Positions 11,001-22,000 of a stretch of 64,000 nucleotides of DNA are shown here, in pieces. The notes beneath the pieces are model-generated. The model saw nothing but the letters and a program-made list of their open reading frames with translations. It was not told the origin of the DNA and ran no database searches. Position 1 is the stretch's first letter; each line of letters opens with the position of its first letter. This DNA comes from a virus. Made by a program: the position numbers and the translations under genes. The DNA lies in the IMG/VR virus record IMGVR_UViG_3300035698_004821, positions 29,085 through 93,084 of that record; one strand, 5' to 3'.

Positions 11001-14000
11001 TCTCTGTCAACGCCATAGTCTCTGTGGATGTGACACTAGATAAACAAGACGCCCCACTGGCCGTGATAAAGTTAGCTGACCCACTGTACACACTGCAGAA
11101 TGACTACTTCGATAAGTCCAACATATCCAACAGGGATAGCAAAGGGAACGCTTTACCTGAGAATAGAAAGAAGGTCCTAGGCTCTCTAAGAGACCCTGAC
11201 TCAGATAGCAACCTTAAGAGATACAAACTCATCCAGGGCAGATCCATACAGATCAGGATGGGCTATAGCTCCATGGCGTATAACCTGCCTATCGTATTCA
11301 CAGGCAGAATTACAGAGATAGTGCCTGGTGATCAGCTCACTGTCGTGGCGCAAGGCTGGAAAGCTGAGCTTATAAACCGTAAGGTTAGCTTCCTTAACAA
11401 GGAGCCTGCCAACTGGGGAGCAAGAGACCTAGCTATCCAAGCGATAACCTACGCGAACCCGGATGGGTTCGGCGATAAGTTCCCTGAGCATGACGCTCAG
11501 TTCATCCTACGTAACCTTAGAAACCAGGATGTCGCTTCCGCAGTTACTAACGCTATAGATGCCTACCAGAACATCCAATTAGAGGGTGTCGGCTCGACAG
11601 GTGTTGTAGGTGGCTTAGGCAATTACATAATCAAGACCATAGGTCTTAAGTCGGTTACTAAGAAGGATAAAGGCTTTGACACACGCCTAAAGAACATATG
11701 GTATCCGGATACATCACTGTACAGTAACGTATTCGGTCTGAGATCCACCTTTGGTTTAATGCCTAGCTTCCTAAACGATAGCTGGATTATACCCTTACAG
11801 CCCGCCTGGGACGCCCTACAAGAGGCGTCAAGACATGCGTGGAACTGCATTATAGATGTGGTGCCATACGATAATGAAGCAACCATCTTCATGGGCCATC
11901 CTGACCAGCCTTATTACTTCACTCGGGGTACAGCCCTTAGCAAGGCGCTGTATAACAAGTACAGGAAGAGCTCTAACAAAGATGTTAACAAGGTGTTGAG
12001 CAACTTGTTCAATGGGTTCTTAGACTCTAAGTACTATGCCAATGAGGCTCCAGACTTTATAGAGGGTCGGATTAAGGCTGCTGCAGCACTACTGACTGAA
12101 AGACAAGGCTTCTTTGTAACTAATAGGAACGCGATTTCAGCTGCTGCCGCTAGCATCTTCCGAGGAGTAGAGCTATCGGGTCTGTCCGCATTCGGTTCCC
12201 TAAGTGACTACTATAGGCTGTACGCCAAGTACTTACTTGAAGACAAGGGTAACGCCTCTGAGCTTGTCGCGTCCAATGCCATATTTGAGGAAGCAGAAAA
12301 GTCCGGACTACCCTTAGCTAGACTAGAGCAGGTGAAGAATACGGGTGTATCTTCCGACTTCACTATCCTAGTCTTTGCCAAATTCTTTGGCATAGATGCT
12401 AGTAGAATATTCATAGGCTGGCCGAATGCAGACAAGGATATAAATCAAATACTAGCTAGGAACTCAAACGTGGAGGACTTCCTGAAGCCTGTAGAGATAG
12501 CTATAGACGGGCTGACGGGAAGGAGCTACTACAGCGACAAGTTATTGGAGTACATAGACAAAGACCTACGCCGAATAAACTCTACTAGACCCCTCGTTGA
12601 ATATGTGAGCGCAGGATCAGGTGGAGCCTCAGTTAGTGCCTACAGCATTCTACCCACCCTTAGATACGCCAAGACGTCTACGTCGTACCTGAGTAACGAA
12701 GGTCTTACCTCGTTCATTACTCAAAGCTTAGAAGCCTACAGTACTGATGATGCATCTAGCAGAGGTCTACTGGATAAAGCTTCACACAGGGCAACACTGA
12801 CGGACCTTAGGGCCAAGATAGAAGCCATCAGATCCAACAAGGAATACATAGTTAGTAAGTCCATACTCAGTGAGCTTGGTGTACCAATTAATGGAAAGCT
12901 GTCTGACATAGTCAAGGACAACATAGCCTTATTCAAGATATTCATGTACTTCTTCTGCTCCTACGTCATGGAAGACGGAGAGGCTATACAGACAACACAA
13001 GAACTTACTGAGGATAATGACTTCAAGTTGCCACCGAACATGAAGGTGTTTAGGGTACATCACTACGCTGACGATGACCACAACATTATACAGAATAACA
13101 TTGTGTCTACTACTCGTGAGATGTGGAATACGGTAGTTATTGAGCACCCTTCCGCTGGCTCAGCCGAAGACACCGTTAGCTCAGAAGAGCAGCTCTACAC
13201 TCAGGGAAGAATCAATGCAGGCGCCAACTGGGTGTACTACCCCAAGCAAGAAGTGACAGGTGTAATAGGTCTACAGTTCCACCCTGGTCTAACATTAGCT
13301 AATAAGAAAATAAAGGTATTCACAGAGCTAAACTGCCAGAGCCCTGAGCTCGCTGCAAAGCTGGCTTGTAACCACCTTGCCCAAGGCATTAGAAAGATGT
13401 ATCGTGGTAACTTGCTCCTACTGGGTAAAAACATTAAGCCCCACGATAGAATCATCTTAGGTGACAAGTACACCAACATGGCTGGACCAGTAGAGGTGGA
13501 GAGCGTGATACATCACTGGAATGCTGATCAAGGTTGGGTAACCAACATCATACCTAATGCTGTATGCGACTCCAACCCAGGAGCAGGTATACTACAGACA
13601 GCTGCCATGGAAGCTACCTTCCAAGGTGTCTTCAATGTAATTGACTTCGTATCAGACGCACTCATGTGGGCTACAATTATAGCAACCCTAGGCGCGGCTA
13701 CTCCTCTAGCTGTGGGTGCCTTTAGTGTTAAGCAGGGTGTATTAGGTTTAGCCAAGAAGGTAGTGAGTAAGGGTCTACGTGGGAGCTCTAAAGAAATCCT
13801 CAAGTCGTATGGAAGAAGACTCAAGTCCGCAGGGGCAGGGGCAGGTGGTGTTGGCGGTGCGCTCCTAAAGAGAGGGCAGTCGGTGAATGCACTTAGAAAG
13901 GTCTTCCGTGAAGTAGCCGGTCCAGGAGTAGCTTTGCTTAGCAATGAGTTGAAGATAGGCGCAGCAGAATTTGGGGCACATATGTTCTTTAAATCCAATG

Positions 14001-14203
14001 TTATCGCTGGGTTTGTTGATTCATCTAAAGATGTCGAACAACTGCCCGTAATTCTATCCCCCATACTGTTCAATGGCAACCCATTTACATCAGGGCTAGA
14101 GACAGAGGATGCCATATGGGCCATAGCCTCTTTCGGATTCTACTACTCCTCAAGAGAGCTTCAGAGAGGAGCAGCCCTTCTTTACGATGAGATCTTTAAA
14201 TAA
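8075..14203 (+). CDS. Giant baseplate hub-like / central tail protein (2042 aa)
   Basis: IQIRMGYSSMAYNLPIVFTGRITEI resembles the hub (gp27/gpD-type) strand motif. A late G...IKPHDRIIL..VESVIHHW motif is present. Lies upstream of the gp25-like and J-like genes and has hydrophobic C-terminal helices. Confidence 0.7.
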   Translation: MLENNTNLQIGPLKYSHVVQKIAIQERKSVDVLETTRSNRNFVVDSGEAMHKAQIRLLFTGLDEINRGAGAEGEESGLRGLIALFRTAPIISILNKYLNTSWKKQDELLREDDGSLSEGSVYFSEIVPVALDGIELENVPDIPFSIQVTLSVSRVEIGPVSNSEVLYYLGENSKEDRKERPQDAFWLRKWIEQILSSDEIPELKPTDFDKANFNWYGKTAVGTSIETNRENFHLHLTTSDTTTGGVLISENCSMRHRFAYNKLLGNIFSFPTHMGSTARSMSLDIVFNNQESDETYAQFCRFKETADEIAKSKNRFDRVTGWHIQTPISKLLGLKKTTLAEGVPGQKPYEGVYVPVNITSESGEQPNMVNCRIDLLESNVDFYRDNEINLINGGTDYEDLWQYFDSIMDQEFAFRKKLRDDKDAAIREIVGRSSEDNYKGYQLFWPITQGVTKIKTASPFAILNVDTLRAVFLDPDFDVGGRIRDALLNHSLTYGEVVANRRVIISDKVVQNGSLIWRTFAGLDNNDLETGKLIEAIRNVVATQFMTWSDLEEPSVQDIVRHLANPATLGDQPPEILGGLGAVDILSTAIAIDLTRGFLGDAKSFFTTESSTGKVLSRLFSSKYEFLPAFKEALFKVITERKGKPKLLPHVYSTDGVYSAFYKLITSYTLEKDATIGIQEARDNYVQDNRNLQGSSLYPDLLLPTYVDLYGKDRWSEFAPTIEDLGLDTYYEGALTSEDLKAVQGNDIVSPAAWFYIKRVKNGETGLKSLARTTADVIDKTSPNLHISMPFNTNEIADIKQLIQKDGKETGMKGMKTNRTLSEIIEDSLYSYKESDPSGYRQDLTTLLTNADKFEEGYLKDNGSLKVYIHHNNNYSIPREINVPGLGAQVYKIASKKRELNTDKLRRLDADAAYTTPLEEDVKFNRHLDGNTRKLMDSSLSQIPDDQYSPERLFPSIKVFLIDRRGNDIIADDGLFSVNAIVSVDVTLDKQDAPLAVIKLADPLYTLQNDYFDKSNISNRDSKGNALPENRKKVLGSLRDPDSDSNLKRYKLIQGRSIQIRMGYSSMAYNLPIVFTGRITEIVPGDQLTVVAQGWKAELINRKVSFLNKEPANWGARDLAIQAITYANPDGFGDKFPEHDAQFILRNLRNQDVASAVTNAIDAYQNIQLEGVGSTGVVGGLGNYIIKTIGLKSVTKKDKGFDTRLKNIWYPDTSLYSNVFGLRSTFGLMPSFLNDSWIIPLQPAWDALQEASRHAWNCIIDVVPYDNEATIFMGHPDQPYYFTRGTALSKALYNKYRKSSNKDVNKVLSNLFNGFLDSKYYANEAPDFIEGRIKAAAALLTERQGFFVTNRNAISAAAASIFRGVELSGLSAFGSLSDYYRLYAKYLLEDKGNASELVASNAIFEEAEKSGLPLARLEQVKNTGVSSDFTILVFAKFFGIDASRIFIGWPNADKDINQILARNSNVEDFLKPVEIAIDGLTGRSYYSDKLLEYIDKDLRRINSTRPLVEYVSAGSGGASVSAYSILPTLRYAKTSTSYLSNEGLTSFITQSLEAYSTDDASSRGLLDKASHRATLTDLRAKIEAIRSNKEYIVSKSILSELGVPINGKLSDIVKDNIALFKIFMYFFCSYVMEDGEAIQTTQELTEDNDFKLPPNMKVFRVHHYADDDHNIIQNNIVSTTREMWNTVVIEHPSAGSAEDTVSSEEQLYTQGRINAGANWVYYPKQEVTGVIGLQFHPGLTLANKKIKVFTELNCQSPELAAKLACNHLAQGIRKMYRGNLLLLGKNIKPHDRIILGDKYTNMAGPVEVESVIHHWNADQGWVTNIIPNAVCDSNPGAGILQTAAMEATFQGVFNVIDFVSDALMWATIIATLGAATPLAVGAFSVKQGVLGLAKKVVSKGLRGSSKEILKSYGRRLKSAGAGAGGVGGALLKRGQSVNALRKVFREVAGPGVALLSNELKIGAAEFGAHMFFKSNVIAGFVDSSKDVEQLPVILSPILFNGNPFTSGLETEDAIWAIASFGFYYSSRELQRGAALLYDEIFK

Positions 14204-14721
14204 TGGAACTATTTGATAAACTAAGAAACCAAGCCAAGCTAGATTCTAGGCGATTCGGCAAGAGTATAGCCTGTAGGATTGTGTACGACAAGCTACTGGA
14301 TATAGTGGAGAAGGAGAACCTTGCGCCCTCTGGTATATTCTTCAACAGGAAGACAGGGTTAGACCCCATCAATTACAAAATGTTTGTGATACCTGTGAGT
14401 AGCTACCCGCAAATAGAGAGGTTAGTTAAGGACTATACGACTAGCCTTCCAGATAACCAAGACCCCCAAGACTTTGAATCTATAGAGAGAACCACCCAAT
14501 CTAGGTCAGGTCTTGTAGCAGCCCTTGAACAGAACCTCATCTTAGTTACGATAGGAATGGCAGTACCTCATGGACTGGGAGCAGGTCTTCTCCCCGAAAT
14601 GTGTGACGTACTTATAGATAGTGTTGATGTAAACCAAACTATAGAAGGTACCTATGTCTATAGGACTAAGGAAAAACTTAGAACACGAGCACAGCTCAAT
14701 GACAAATTAGACAACCAATGA
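14203..14721 (+). CDS. Hypothetical baseplate-region protein
   Basis: 172-aa ORF coupled by TAATG and ATGA overlaps; no motif recognised. Confidence 0.6.
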   Translation: MELFDKLRNQAKLDSRRFGKSIACRIVYDKLLDIVEKENLAPSGIFFNRKTGLDPINYKMFVIPVSSYPQIERLVKDYTTSLPDNQDPQDFESIERTTQSRSGLVAALEQNLILVTIGMAVPHGLGAGLLPEMCDVLIDSVDVNQTIEGTYVYRTKEKLRTRAQLNDKLDNQ

Positions 14722-15380
14722 CACAACCTAATCCCCTTGACGTCACCGCTATAGGCGGCTCGCACTCTGGAACGAAGTCTCAAGATGAGATGGCGGCCAG
14801 GGTTAGCTTTACAATAGATAATGATAAGAGTATATCTGAAGTAGGTAACAAGATAATGAGTGCTGCCGAGTGGCAGTTCACTTCTCTGTCTGACCCTAAT
14901 AGATCACCCAAGTATGCTGTAGATCCTTCGGTCGCCTACTACGGTGCTGGTGCTCTTAGCTTGCTGCCTAGGGTAGGTAAGTTTGTCTTCGCCGCTAACA
15001 TGAATGAAGCTAATCGAGGTGCCTTCCGTTTAGATCATGGAGAGTCTAACTTCTACTCTAGCATGAATAAGACCACCCTGGGGTCACTAGACATAGACAC
15101 TGTGGACGGTCAAGTTCTTAACCCTCAGTCTCCTCAACAACCTAGCACCAACTACAGTCCTACCAAGCCTTGGATCAAAAAGCTATTCCCTACACTGTCT
15201 TCAAAAAACTTGATGTCCATAGCTATACTAGAGCTTGTGCAAAGGACACTTCTCGACTCACTAGACAGTCAGAGAGAGCCTCAAGCGTCAAAAAATAACG
15301 AGCGCAAACAAGGTATAGACATGGGCACCATTATCGCGGATAACCAAGAGATACAAGATCAAATTTTAGGAATCAATTAA
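14718..15380 (+). CDS. Hypothetical protein at the position usually held by the baseplate spike
   Basis: 220-aa ORF between the hub-like and gp25-like genes; function inferred from position only. Confidence 0.5.
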   Translation: MTQPNPLDVTAIGGSHSGTKSQDEMAARVSFTIDNDKSISEVGNKIMSAAEWQFTSLSDPNRSPKYAVDPSVAYYGAGALSLLPRVGKFVFAANMNEANRGAFRLDHGESNFYSSMNKTTLGSLDIDTVDGQVLNPQSPQQPSTNYSPTKPWIKKLFPTLSSKNLMSIAILELVQRTLLDSLDSQREPQASKNNERKQGIDMGTIIADNQEIQDQILGIN

Positions 15381-15823
15381 TGGCTATATATACCCAACAA
15401 GATATTGAATCAACACTAGATGGTGATATACAGCTATCCCCTAGAGGGGATCTACAGTTAGCCAATCCACTTGACACGTTCAAGTCATTAGCTAACTTTT
15501 TATTAAGGACAGACTTCGGAGATTATAGCCCGGATACATCGGTAGGCTGCAATCTAGGTTCCTTCGTAGGTGAGCTAAACACTACGGATAACAGGCAGTT
15601 TATGGAGTATAATATAACTAGTGTCCTGCGAGAGAGATTATTCACCGTAGCAGATGTTGAAGCTACGGTTGTTCCATTCGATCTAAACGAAGTTCTTTGT
15701 GTTGTCAATATAGGTGGTTCCTACTTACTAGATGGAACCATACAGACTATTAAAGGCGAAACACTAACGTACACATTCCCATATATAGATGGGACCCACA
15801 TCACGCCAATCACTACAGACTAA
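15380..15823 (+). CDS. gp25/gpW-like baseplate wedge (sheath initiator) protein
   Basis: 147 aa; GDIQLSPRGDL..LRTDFGDY..VGCNLGSFVGELN pattern; directly upstream of baseplate J. Confidence 0.8.
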   Translation: MAIYTQQDIESTLDGDIQLSPRGDLQLANPLDTFKSLANFLLRTDFGDYSPDTSVGCNLGSFVGELNTTDNRQFMEYNITSVLRERLFTVADVEATVVPFDLNEVLCVVNIGGSYLLDGTIQTIKGETLTYTFPYIDGTHITPITTD

Positions 15824-16968
15824 TGGTCACAAGAAAAAACTTTTCTGATTCAGTACAAGATAGCGTCAGATATCTAATTAAAAATACTGACATAACCTAC
15901 TTTTCTGACGGGTCTATAGCAAAGGCGTTAGTTGAAACCAATAACTTAGAAGTAAGTAGGATTCAGCAATACGTGACAGGAGTGTTCCAGAATGCATTCT
16001 TGAGTTCCACCACAGGTATCTATCTAGATATGTGGGGAGAGACTCTTGGTCTTCCTAGAATTAAGGACAGACGAGCAACGGCACTGATCCAAGATGGAGC
16101 AGTCCGTTTTTATGTATCTAACGGAACACTGGGATCAAGGCTTCCCAATCCCGACAACTCAGGTTTAGGTCTTATACAATCAGGGGTATCTATTACGACT
16201 GCCTCAAACACTGTAGAGTACAAAGTTACGGAAGCGGTAACTTTCCCGGTAAATACTAGATCAGTATTTGTACCAGTCACAGCACAAGGAAGCGGCACAG
16301 ACTACAACGTAGGTGCTAACCAGCTGACTGTACATAACCTCAACAAATCAGAGGTCAAAGTTACTAATGACATTGCCATAGTTACGGGAAAGGACGTGGA
16401 ATCTGATGAAGAGTACAGGTTCCGGCTTTCACGAGCTATGACATCTAGATACGGAAGTAACCTCGCTGCTGTTGAGGTAGCTGCTGTATCTAATCCTGGC
16501 GTAGCCAGGGCAGAACTCCTGCAGTATGCTAGAGGCGCTGGGACCTTCGACGTACTGCTTATACCTCAAGGCAATAGAGTTACAGTAAGTACACGAGAGA
16601 ATACTAGAAGAGCTATAGAGCAGGTCGCTGCCTATGGTGTCTCTTTCGAGGTAAGAGAACCAGAGTACGTTCCTGTAAGGATCTCACTCCAGCTAATATT
16701 TAACAACAACGTCACAGAAGCAGAACGAATTAGCCTTAGAGCACAAGTTCAATCTAGTATTTTACAATACATTGCCTCCATCCCTCTGGGTGGAGAACTA
16801 ATCATTAACCAATTACGAGCCGCTTCCCTTGTGAGTCCCAGTATTAAAGATATCAAAATAATTGAACTGTATGTCAACTGTAAGCCTAGAACGCTCAGAA
16901 ATGTACAGCTTCGCGAGGATGAGCTATTCATCCCTGACGAGAAGACTGAGGCCATCGAGATAATATGA
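15823..16968 (+). CDS. Baseplate J-like (gpJ/gp47) wedge protein
   Basis: 381 aa with GIYLDMWGETLGLPR, GKDVESDEEYRFRL and ARGAGTFDVLL motifs typical of Baseplate_J. Confidence 0.9.
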   Translation: MVTRKNFSDSVQDSVRYLIKNTDITYFSDGSIAKALVETNNLEVSRIQQYVTGVFQNAFLSSTTGIYLDMWGETLGLPRIKDRRATALIQDGAVRFYVSNGTLGSRLPNPDNSGLGLIQSGVSITTASNTVEYKVTEAVTFPVNTRSVFVPVTAQGSGTDYNVGANQLTVHNLNKSEVKVTNDIAIVTGKDVESDEEYRFRLSRAMTSRYGSNLAAVEVAAVSNPGVARAELLQYARGAGTFDVLLIPQGNRVTVSTRENTRRAIEQVAAYGVSFEVREPEYVPVRISLQLIFNNNVTEAERISLRAQVQSSILQYIASIPLGGELIINQLRAASLVSPSIKDIKIIELYVNCKPRTLRNVQLREDELFIPDEKTEAIEII

Positions 16969-17438
16969 CATTCGAAATATACAAACCTGAGTACAACCCT
17001 AGTGACCTTACTGGTCAGGTAGGAGGCAACATAGGTACAGAGATACTAAGTGGGTATATTAACGAACTGTTCCAGCACGTCTCTTCTCCTCCCTCTGGGA
17101 TAGACACCACTTCGTATCAATATAGGAAAGTGTTTGTAAAGAACACTTTTACAAGCACAGCCACAAATACACGAGTATGGGTGGACGCTATAGAGCATGT
17201 AGATCAGATTACGTTAGCTAAGTCTACAGCCATAGATGACCTTAGTACGGCGTCTACAAGGGAACCTGCTGGTATATCTGGCTGGTCATCCCCCGCAAAC
17301 TACGCAGAAGGGACGAGTCTCGGAACACTTGTCTCTAATGCACACACAGGCATCTGGATAAGACAAGCTCTTTCCGGCGTCTCCCTCCCTGACCCATATG
17401 CCACCTTCCGTATCTACGTCGGTGGAATCGTACAATGA
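16965..17438 (+). CDS. Small phage structural beta-sandwich protein
   Basis: NELFQHVS..YRKVFVKN..GTL...GIWIRQ pattern resembling small phage tail-associated proteins. Confidence 0.55.
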   Translation: MTFEIYKPEYNPSDLTGQVGGNIGTEILSGYINELFQHVSSPPSGIDTTSYQYRKVFVKNTFTSTATNTRVWVDAIEHVDQITLAKSTAIDDLSTASTREPAGISGWSSPANYAEGTSLGTLVSNAHTGIWIRQALSGVSLPDPYATFRIYVGGIVQ

Positions 17439-19087
17439 CATCATCTAACTTTGACCTTTCGGTTCACCTTGATTACAAAACTAGACAGACAACGGTAAGT
17501 CTAATTAACCCTTATCCTACTGGTGGTACCACAGACACCCCAAACATGCTGTTCAGAATGTATGATAAGAACGGCTGCGTCATCCAACACATAATACTAT
17601 CGGGGGACCCTTCGTCCTATCAGTCTCAGACCCTTAATCAGACCGCCTCGTTCGGCCTACAGATAGGAGGTCTTGGATCAGAGAACCCAATCGGAGGTTA
17701 TGACTCATCTATAAACCACACAGACACCTCTGGTGTCTCCGTCGCCTACACGACAACTATGTGGGAGATGAGTGCGGAAGTCATTGACACCCCCGTCTTC
17801 CTCTTCGCTACACAAGCGATAGAGAACGGTTTCCGTGATTCCCTGTACATTGATGTGGACAGGAGAGATGACTGTTACATAGGGACCCCACTACTTATTA
17901 CAGACGGCGACGCTGTAGTCCAGGGCACAGTAGATGTTGTGACTGGTGACACGTACATGACCCTGGCATACGATAAATCTATCTCTGCCTATACTAACTC
18001 TACTATGGGTAATGCTGTCTGCGAGGTAATAAGTGGAGCCAACCTAGGTCAGACGTTCTCTGTAAGAGAACATACACCAGGTAGTGATTCATTATCTGTG
18101 GACTTGGACGTCAACCACCTATCAGGGCAGATAGTTAAGGTCATGCCCTACCGTACTGTTACGTCCTATGAGGGTTGGACTTACACTGGCTCTTCAGCAT
18201 CTAACAAGGGCGATGGAGGTATGCGGGCTAGGTTTGGTTTAGATACGGATATACCAGCGGGTCCAGGATCAATACATTATCTCTCTGGCACCGTAAGTGG
18301 CGACGCCACAATTGCTCACCCGTTTGATTTAACGAACACACCTGTGTTCAGCGCTTCTGTCGTTGTCCTACAGGACGACCCTTACATGCGTATTGTTTCC
18401 CCTGGTGACTTAGTTTACTTTACACCAGCGGCTTCCCCTAGTTCTGAATCCACAGGTGTGATTATATCTGTAAATGAGCATGCTGTGTCTGCAGATGGTG
18501 ACTTTGCAATAACATACTGGCCAAATGAGCCACCGACCGCCACGTCAGAGTATAAGATCTTCCGATCAAATGTGGTCGATCTGCAGTCTTACCCAGAGCT
18601 AGGTAGGGATTACCTATGTATCGCTCGCGATGGCTCCTTAGTAAATACTGGAGAGAGGTACGCAACTGTAGTTAGGACTCCTTCCGTCGAAGTAGACTTC
18701 GCAGCCAATGAATTTGAGAGTACCTTCCCAGCCATACCGGAGTCTAGTCACTTCCACATCGGACCTGTCTACCTTAGTAACGGGCAGACGCTACTAGAGG
18801 ATGGAGTAGGCAGTAACGGAGTGGCCCCTCACCTGCACTTCAGTGGTCTGGTTACCAACGGAGATCCAGAAGCACCGGCGACTTTGATTGACACTACAGC
18901 CTTCTCAACCCAGAGAGCTGATGCAGCCCACAAGTTTGCTGGTATGTACTACAAGGATGGCATCATGACCATGGCAGTAGGGACCTCCTTCAATGCATCA
19001 GAAACTATAATCTGTAAAACGGTTATCAATTACGGATCTATTAAGATAGACAAAGTATTTACTATACCTGTACAGCCTTCAGTATGA
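17435..19087 (+). CDS. Putative virion structural protein (550 aa)
   Basis: Acidic, S/T/G-rich beta-type composition; ATGA-coupled on both sides. Confidence 0.55.
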   Translation: MTSSNFDLSVHLDYKTRQTTVSLINPYPTGGTTDTPNMLFRMYDKNGCVIQHIILSGDPSSYQSQTLNQTASFGLQIGGLGSENPIGGYDSSINHTDTSGVSVAYTTTMWEMSAEVIDTPVFLFATQAIENGFRDSLYIDVDRRDDCYIGTPLLITDGDAVVQGTVDVVTGDTYMTLAYDKSISAYTNSTMGNAVCEVISGANLGQTFSVREHTPGSDSLSVDLDVNHLSGQIVKVMPYRTVTSYEGWTYTGSSASNKGDGGMRARFGLDTDIPAGPGSIHYLSGTVSGDATIAHPFDLTNTPVFSASVVVLQDDPYMRIVSPGDLVYFTPAASPSSESTGVIISVNEHAVSADGDFAITYWPNEPPTATSEYKIFRSNVVDLQSYPELGRDYLCIARDGSLVNTGERYATVVRTPSVEVDFAANEFESTFPAIPESSHFHIGPVYLSNGQTLLEDGVGSNGVAPHLHFSGLVTNGDPEAPATLIDTTAFSTQRADAAHKFAGMYYKDGIMTMAVGTSFNASETIICKTVINYGSIKIDKVFTIPVQPSV

Positions 19088-22000
19088 TCAATAAAAGAGC
19101 AACCGTGGGTGGGCTAGCTCCCACCTCATTCCATAGGGGTAAGGTCCTCTACCCCCGAGTAGACGTGTCCTCACTATCTAATTGGACATTGACTAATGGC
19201 AGGGTGAGCTTCACCTTTCTAGAAGATATTACTACTGGAGTACGCTTGGCCAACTGGGAGGAAAGTTCCTTCTCAGCACCCACCGTTAACCAGTCTAAGA
19301 ATCTATGGTCTATGGGTATGCTCAGCAAGTACACGCTACACAACGCGTCAACAACAAGATTCAACACATATGTGGTCTACCCTAGAAAGGCCAACTTTGT
19401 AGGTCCTGCACCTCTACCTGTTGAGAACGGTACTGTCAAATCATTCACGTTTCAATGGACAAACGTGGCGTACGATAGAAAGAACCCAACGTACACCTGC
19501 TCCGTTACTCTAGTTGCCTCATTAGACACTGAAGAAGATAGTCTGGATATGCAACTGCAGGTTGATGCCGATCAAGCTTACACGTCCCATGATCTTGATC
19601 TTCTGTATTCCGACGCAGTGCACTACCTGGGGATGCCTACGCTCATCTTTCAGAAGGACGCTGACGAGGCAGTTAACAAGGGTTCTTTCGTAACTAACTC
19701 AAGCGGTTACGGGTACACGTACCTTAACCCTTTTAAGCACCTAAGGGCCCCTAGATATGAAGCAGAGTCTATTCAGTTTAGCCATCTAGGGAACAGGGCA
19801 TATGCTGCTGGCCAACCTAGTGCTCCACTCGCAGCTCTCTTTAAGTATAACTACGGGTCTCCCGGTGGTTTCTCCATTCCGGCTATGGTGTATGGCAATA
19901 GGGATACCAAGGAAGGTACTCTGATTTACGGGCTAGACACAGAAGGAACTAACCCTAAAGCCTTTCAGTTCTACTTAGACGATGCAAACCTATTCATCAA
20001 GACGGCACACATCTCTGATGAAGCCTTTGACCCCTACGGTGTTGGCGGTTACGTCAATGACTCAGGTGGACAGAATTACTCGATACAAAATAAACCCACC
20101 TGGTCACTAAGGATACACCCATTCAAGTCCACCACTAAATGGGCAGATTGGTATGGCTATGGACTGTACAGGGATACAGTAATTGACAAGCAAGAAGCTT
20201 ACGGCTGGCTGCCTCCTAGCTTCTATGACAGGTACCAAGCAGGAGAGATAAGCAAGCAGGCTGCAGAAGTACCTATGATACTTAATACCTTTGGTTTCAC
20301 AACTGGAGATATGAGCACACTTCCGATTGCTGCTGACTATTACAGATACCTGTATACAAATGCAATCAATCCGGGACACACTACTCCTCCTGTCATACCT
20401 ATACACTACCAAACTGCTGAGCTGAACTTCGACACTAATAGAAGAACGGGTGAGGCTGATCCTGCAGCGACTTACAATGGCTGGGAACCGTGGGCTGGAC
20501 ATGGTACAGGTATTGATCACTTTGGCCCTGAGGCATATAAGGCCCCGGACTACACAGGGCTTAATGCCAATTCATCGGGAGCGTTCTACGAACTAGCTGC
20601 CACAGGTCACCTACCTTATTCATATAACGCATACCCATTCACTATATCCTCTGGCTCTGTGTGGACACAAACGTATAGCGGCATTGACCTCATTGGTAAA
20701 GCCATCAACGAGTCATCTACACGCATAACAAATGATATATATAGGGCCTGGGCATATGATGGTCAAGCTCCTGGTATCTTTGGTGGAGGCTTTAGTGCTT
20801 GCTTTGTTCCTCAGGTGAACAAAGATAAGAATAAGCTGATAGCCGCCACCCAAGGTCTGCAAGGGATGAACAACTACCACGACACCTTAGGTGCCTGGGG
20901 TAGAGGTTGTACTGCAGAGTCCCACGTACATTATGACCCCACCTTAAAGAAGGAAGTAGTCACTACCCACCCTAGATCCGTGTTCTCCCGTTACTATAAC
21001 AGGAAGATGGTAGAGTGGTCTGATGAATGGACCGTAGCCTCAACTAGTGGCTTTCGAACTAAGTTTGGTAATGACGCAGGTTCGTATGGTATAAAGGACT
21101 GGAAGATGGGTCAGAGTGCTGAGTTCCCTGTAGACCTTAACCTATCAAATGTACCTATTGCCCTTATCTATGAATCAGTAGGCCCCATCTTTAATGCGTA
21201 CGTCCACGATGTTTTAAATCCTAGAACAGATGTCACGTCTGTACCTTTAATAGACAACCTATCCGACCAATCTATAGCTAGTGGTGTGGCTCTTGGAATA
21301 ACACAATACGCGTGCCACATCGAGCCACCGAACTGGCTTCAACGTTGCCCCGTAGCTAAGATAGCTCTAAACGATAGGATGACCCAGAATGAATGGCATG
21401 CTGTCTACGCATCTAATGCCTCACCTGTCTTCTGGAGGAATGAGGCACCCACTGGAGTAGGTGCATACGGTCAGTCGTTCTACTCAACGGGCACCAGCGA
21501 AAGACAAGCTATGGACTGGGCATCATTTGCTCTTACTCAATGGCCCTACTCAAACAACCTAAGCGTGTGGCATGTGAGTAATCAGTTTGAATTCATCAAC
21601 CCAGCATACGGCGAGATCGTTAGTAATGAGAATGAAGTATTCCAATCGGGTGTATGGAGTGGCTATGCAGAAGACCTACTAACTAGGATGATCCGTATCC
21701 AATCATACAACCCTGATTTCATACATCATGGTGATATGCTATATCCTCTGGATAGTTATTCAGTAGATAGGAGTGTAGAGAATGCGGGAACCAATGGTTT
21801 CCTCCGCTCTCAGCACCCCAATAATGAGGACATTGACTCCCTTGTCACAGGCGACGAAAAAGTAACCCACTTTGTCAGGCGACATAGAGAGAATGGTAAC
21901 CTGCTTATTGCTATAGGTAACTGGTTCTCAGGTAGTAGCTCTTTCCAGGCTACCTTCGATCCGGATACGTATGAAATAACTAATGGCTATCAGGTGTATT

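Noticed and set aside
13528-14124. 198-aa minus-strand ORF
   Set aside because: Entirely antisense to the hub gene with no motif; a shadow ORF, like the other short minus-strand ORFs.
2-14203. Inteins or introns in the giant ORFs
   Set aside because: No Hint-type C...HN-[CST] boundaries, LAGLIDADG motifs or frame interruptions were noticed by eye.
8075-16968. Bacterial contractile injection system (eCIS/T6SS) instead of phage
   Set aside because: No ATPase or membrane-complex genes. Giant fibre-like genes, a holin-like gene and phage-style packing favour a phage, although capsid genes are outside the window.
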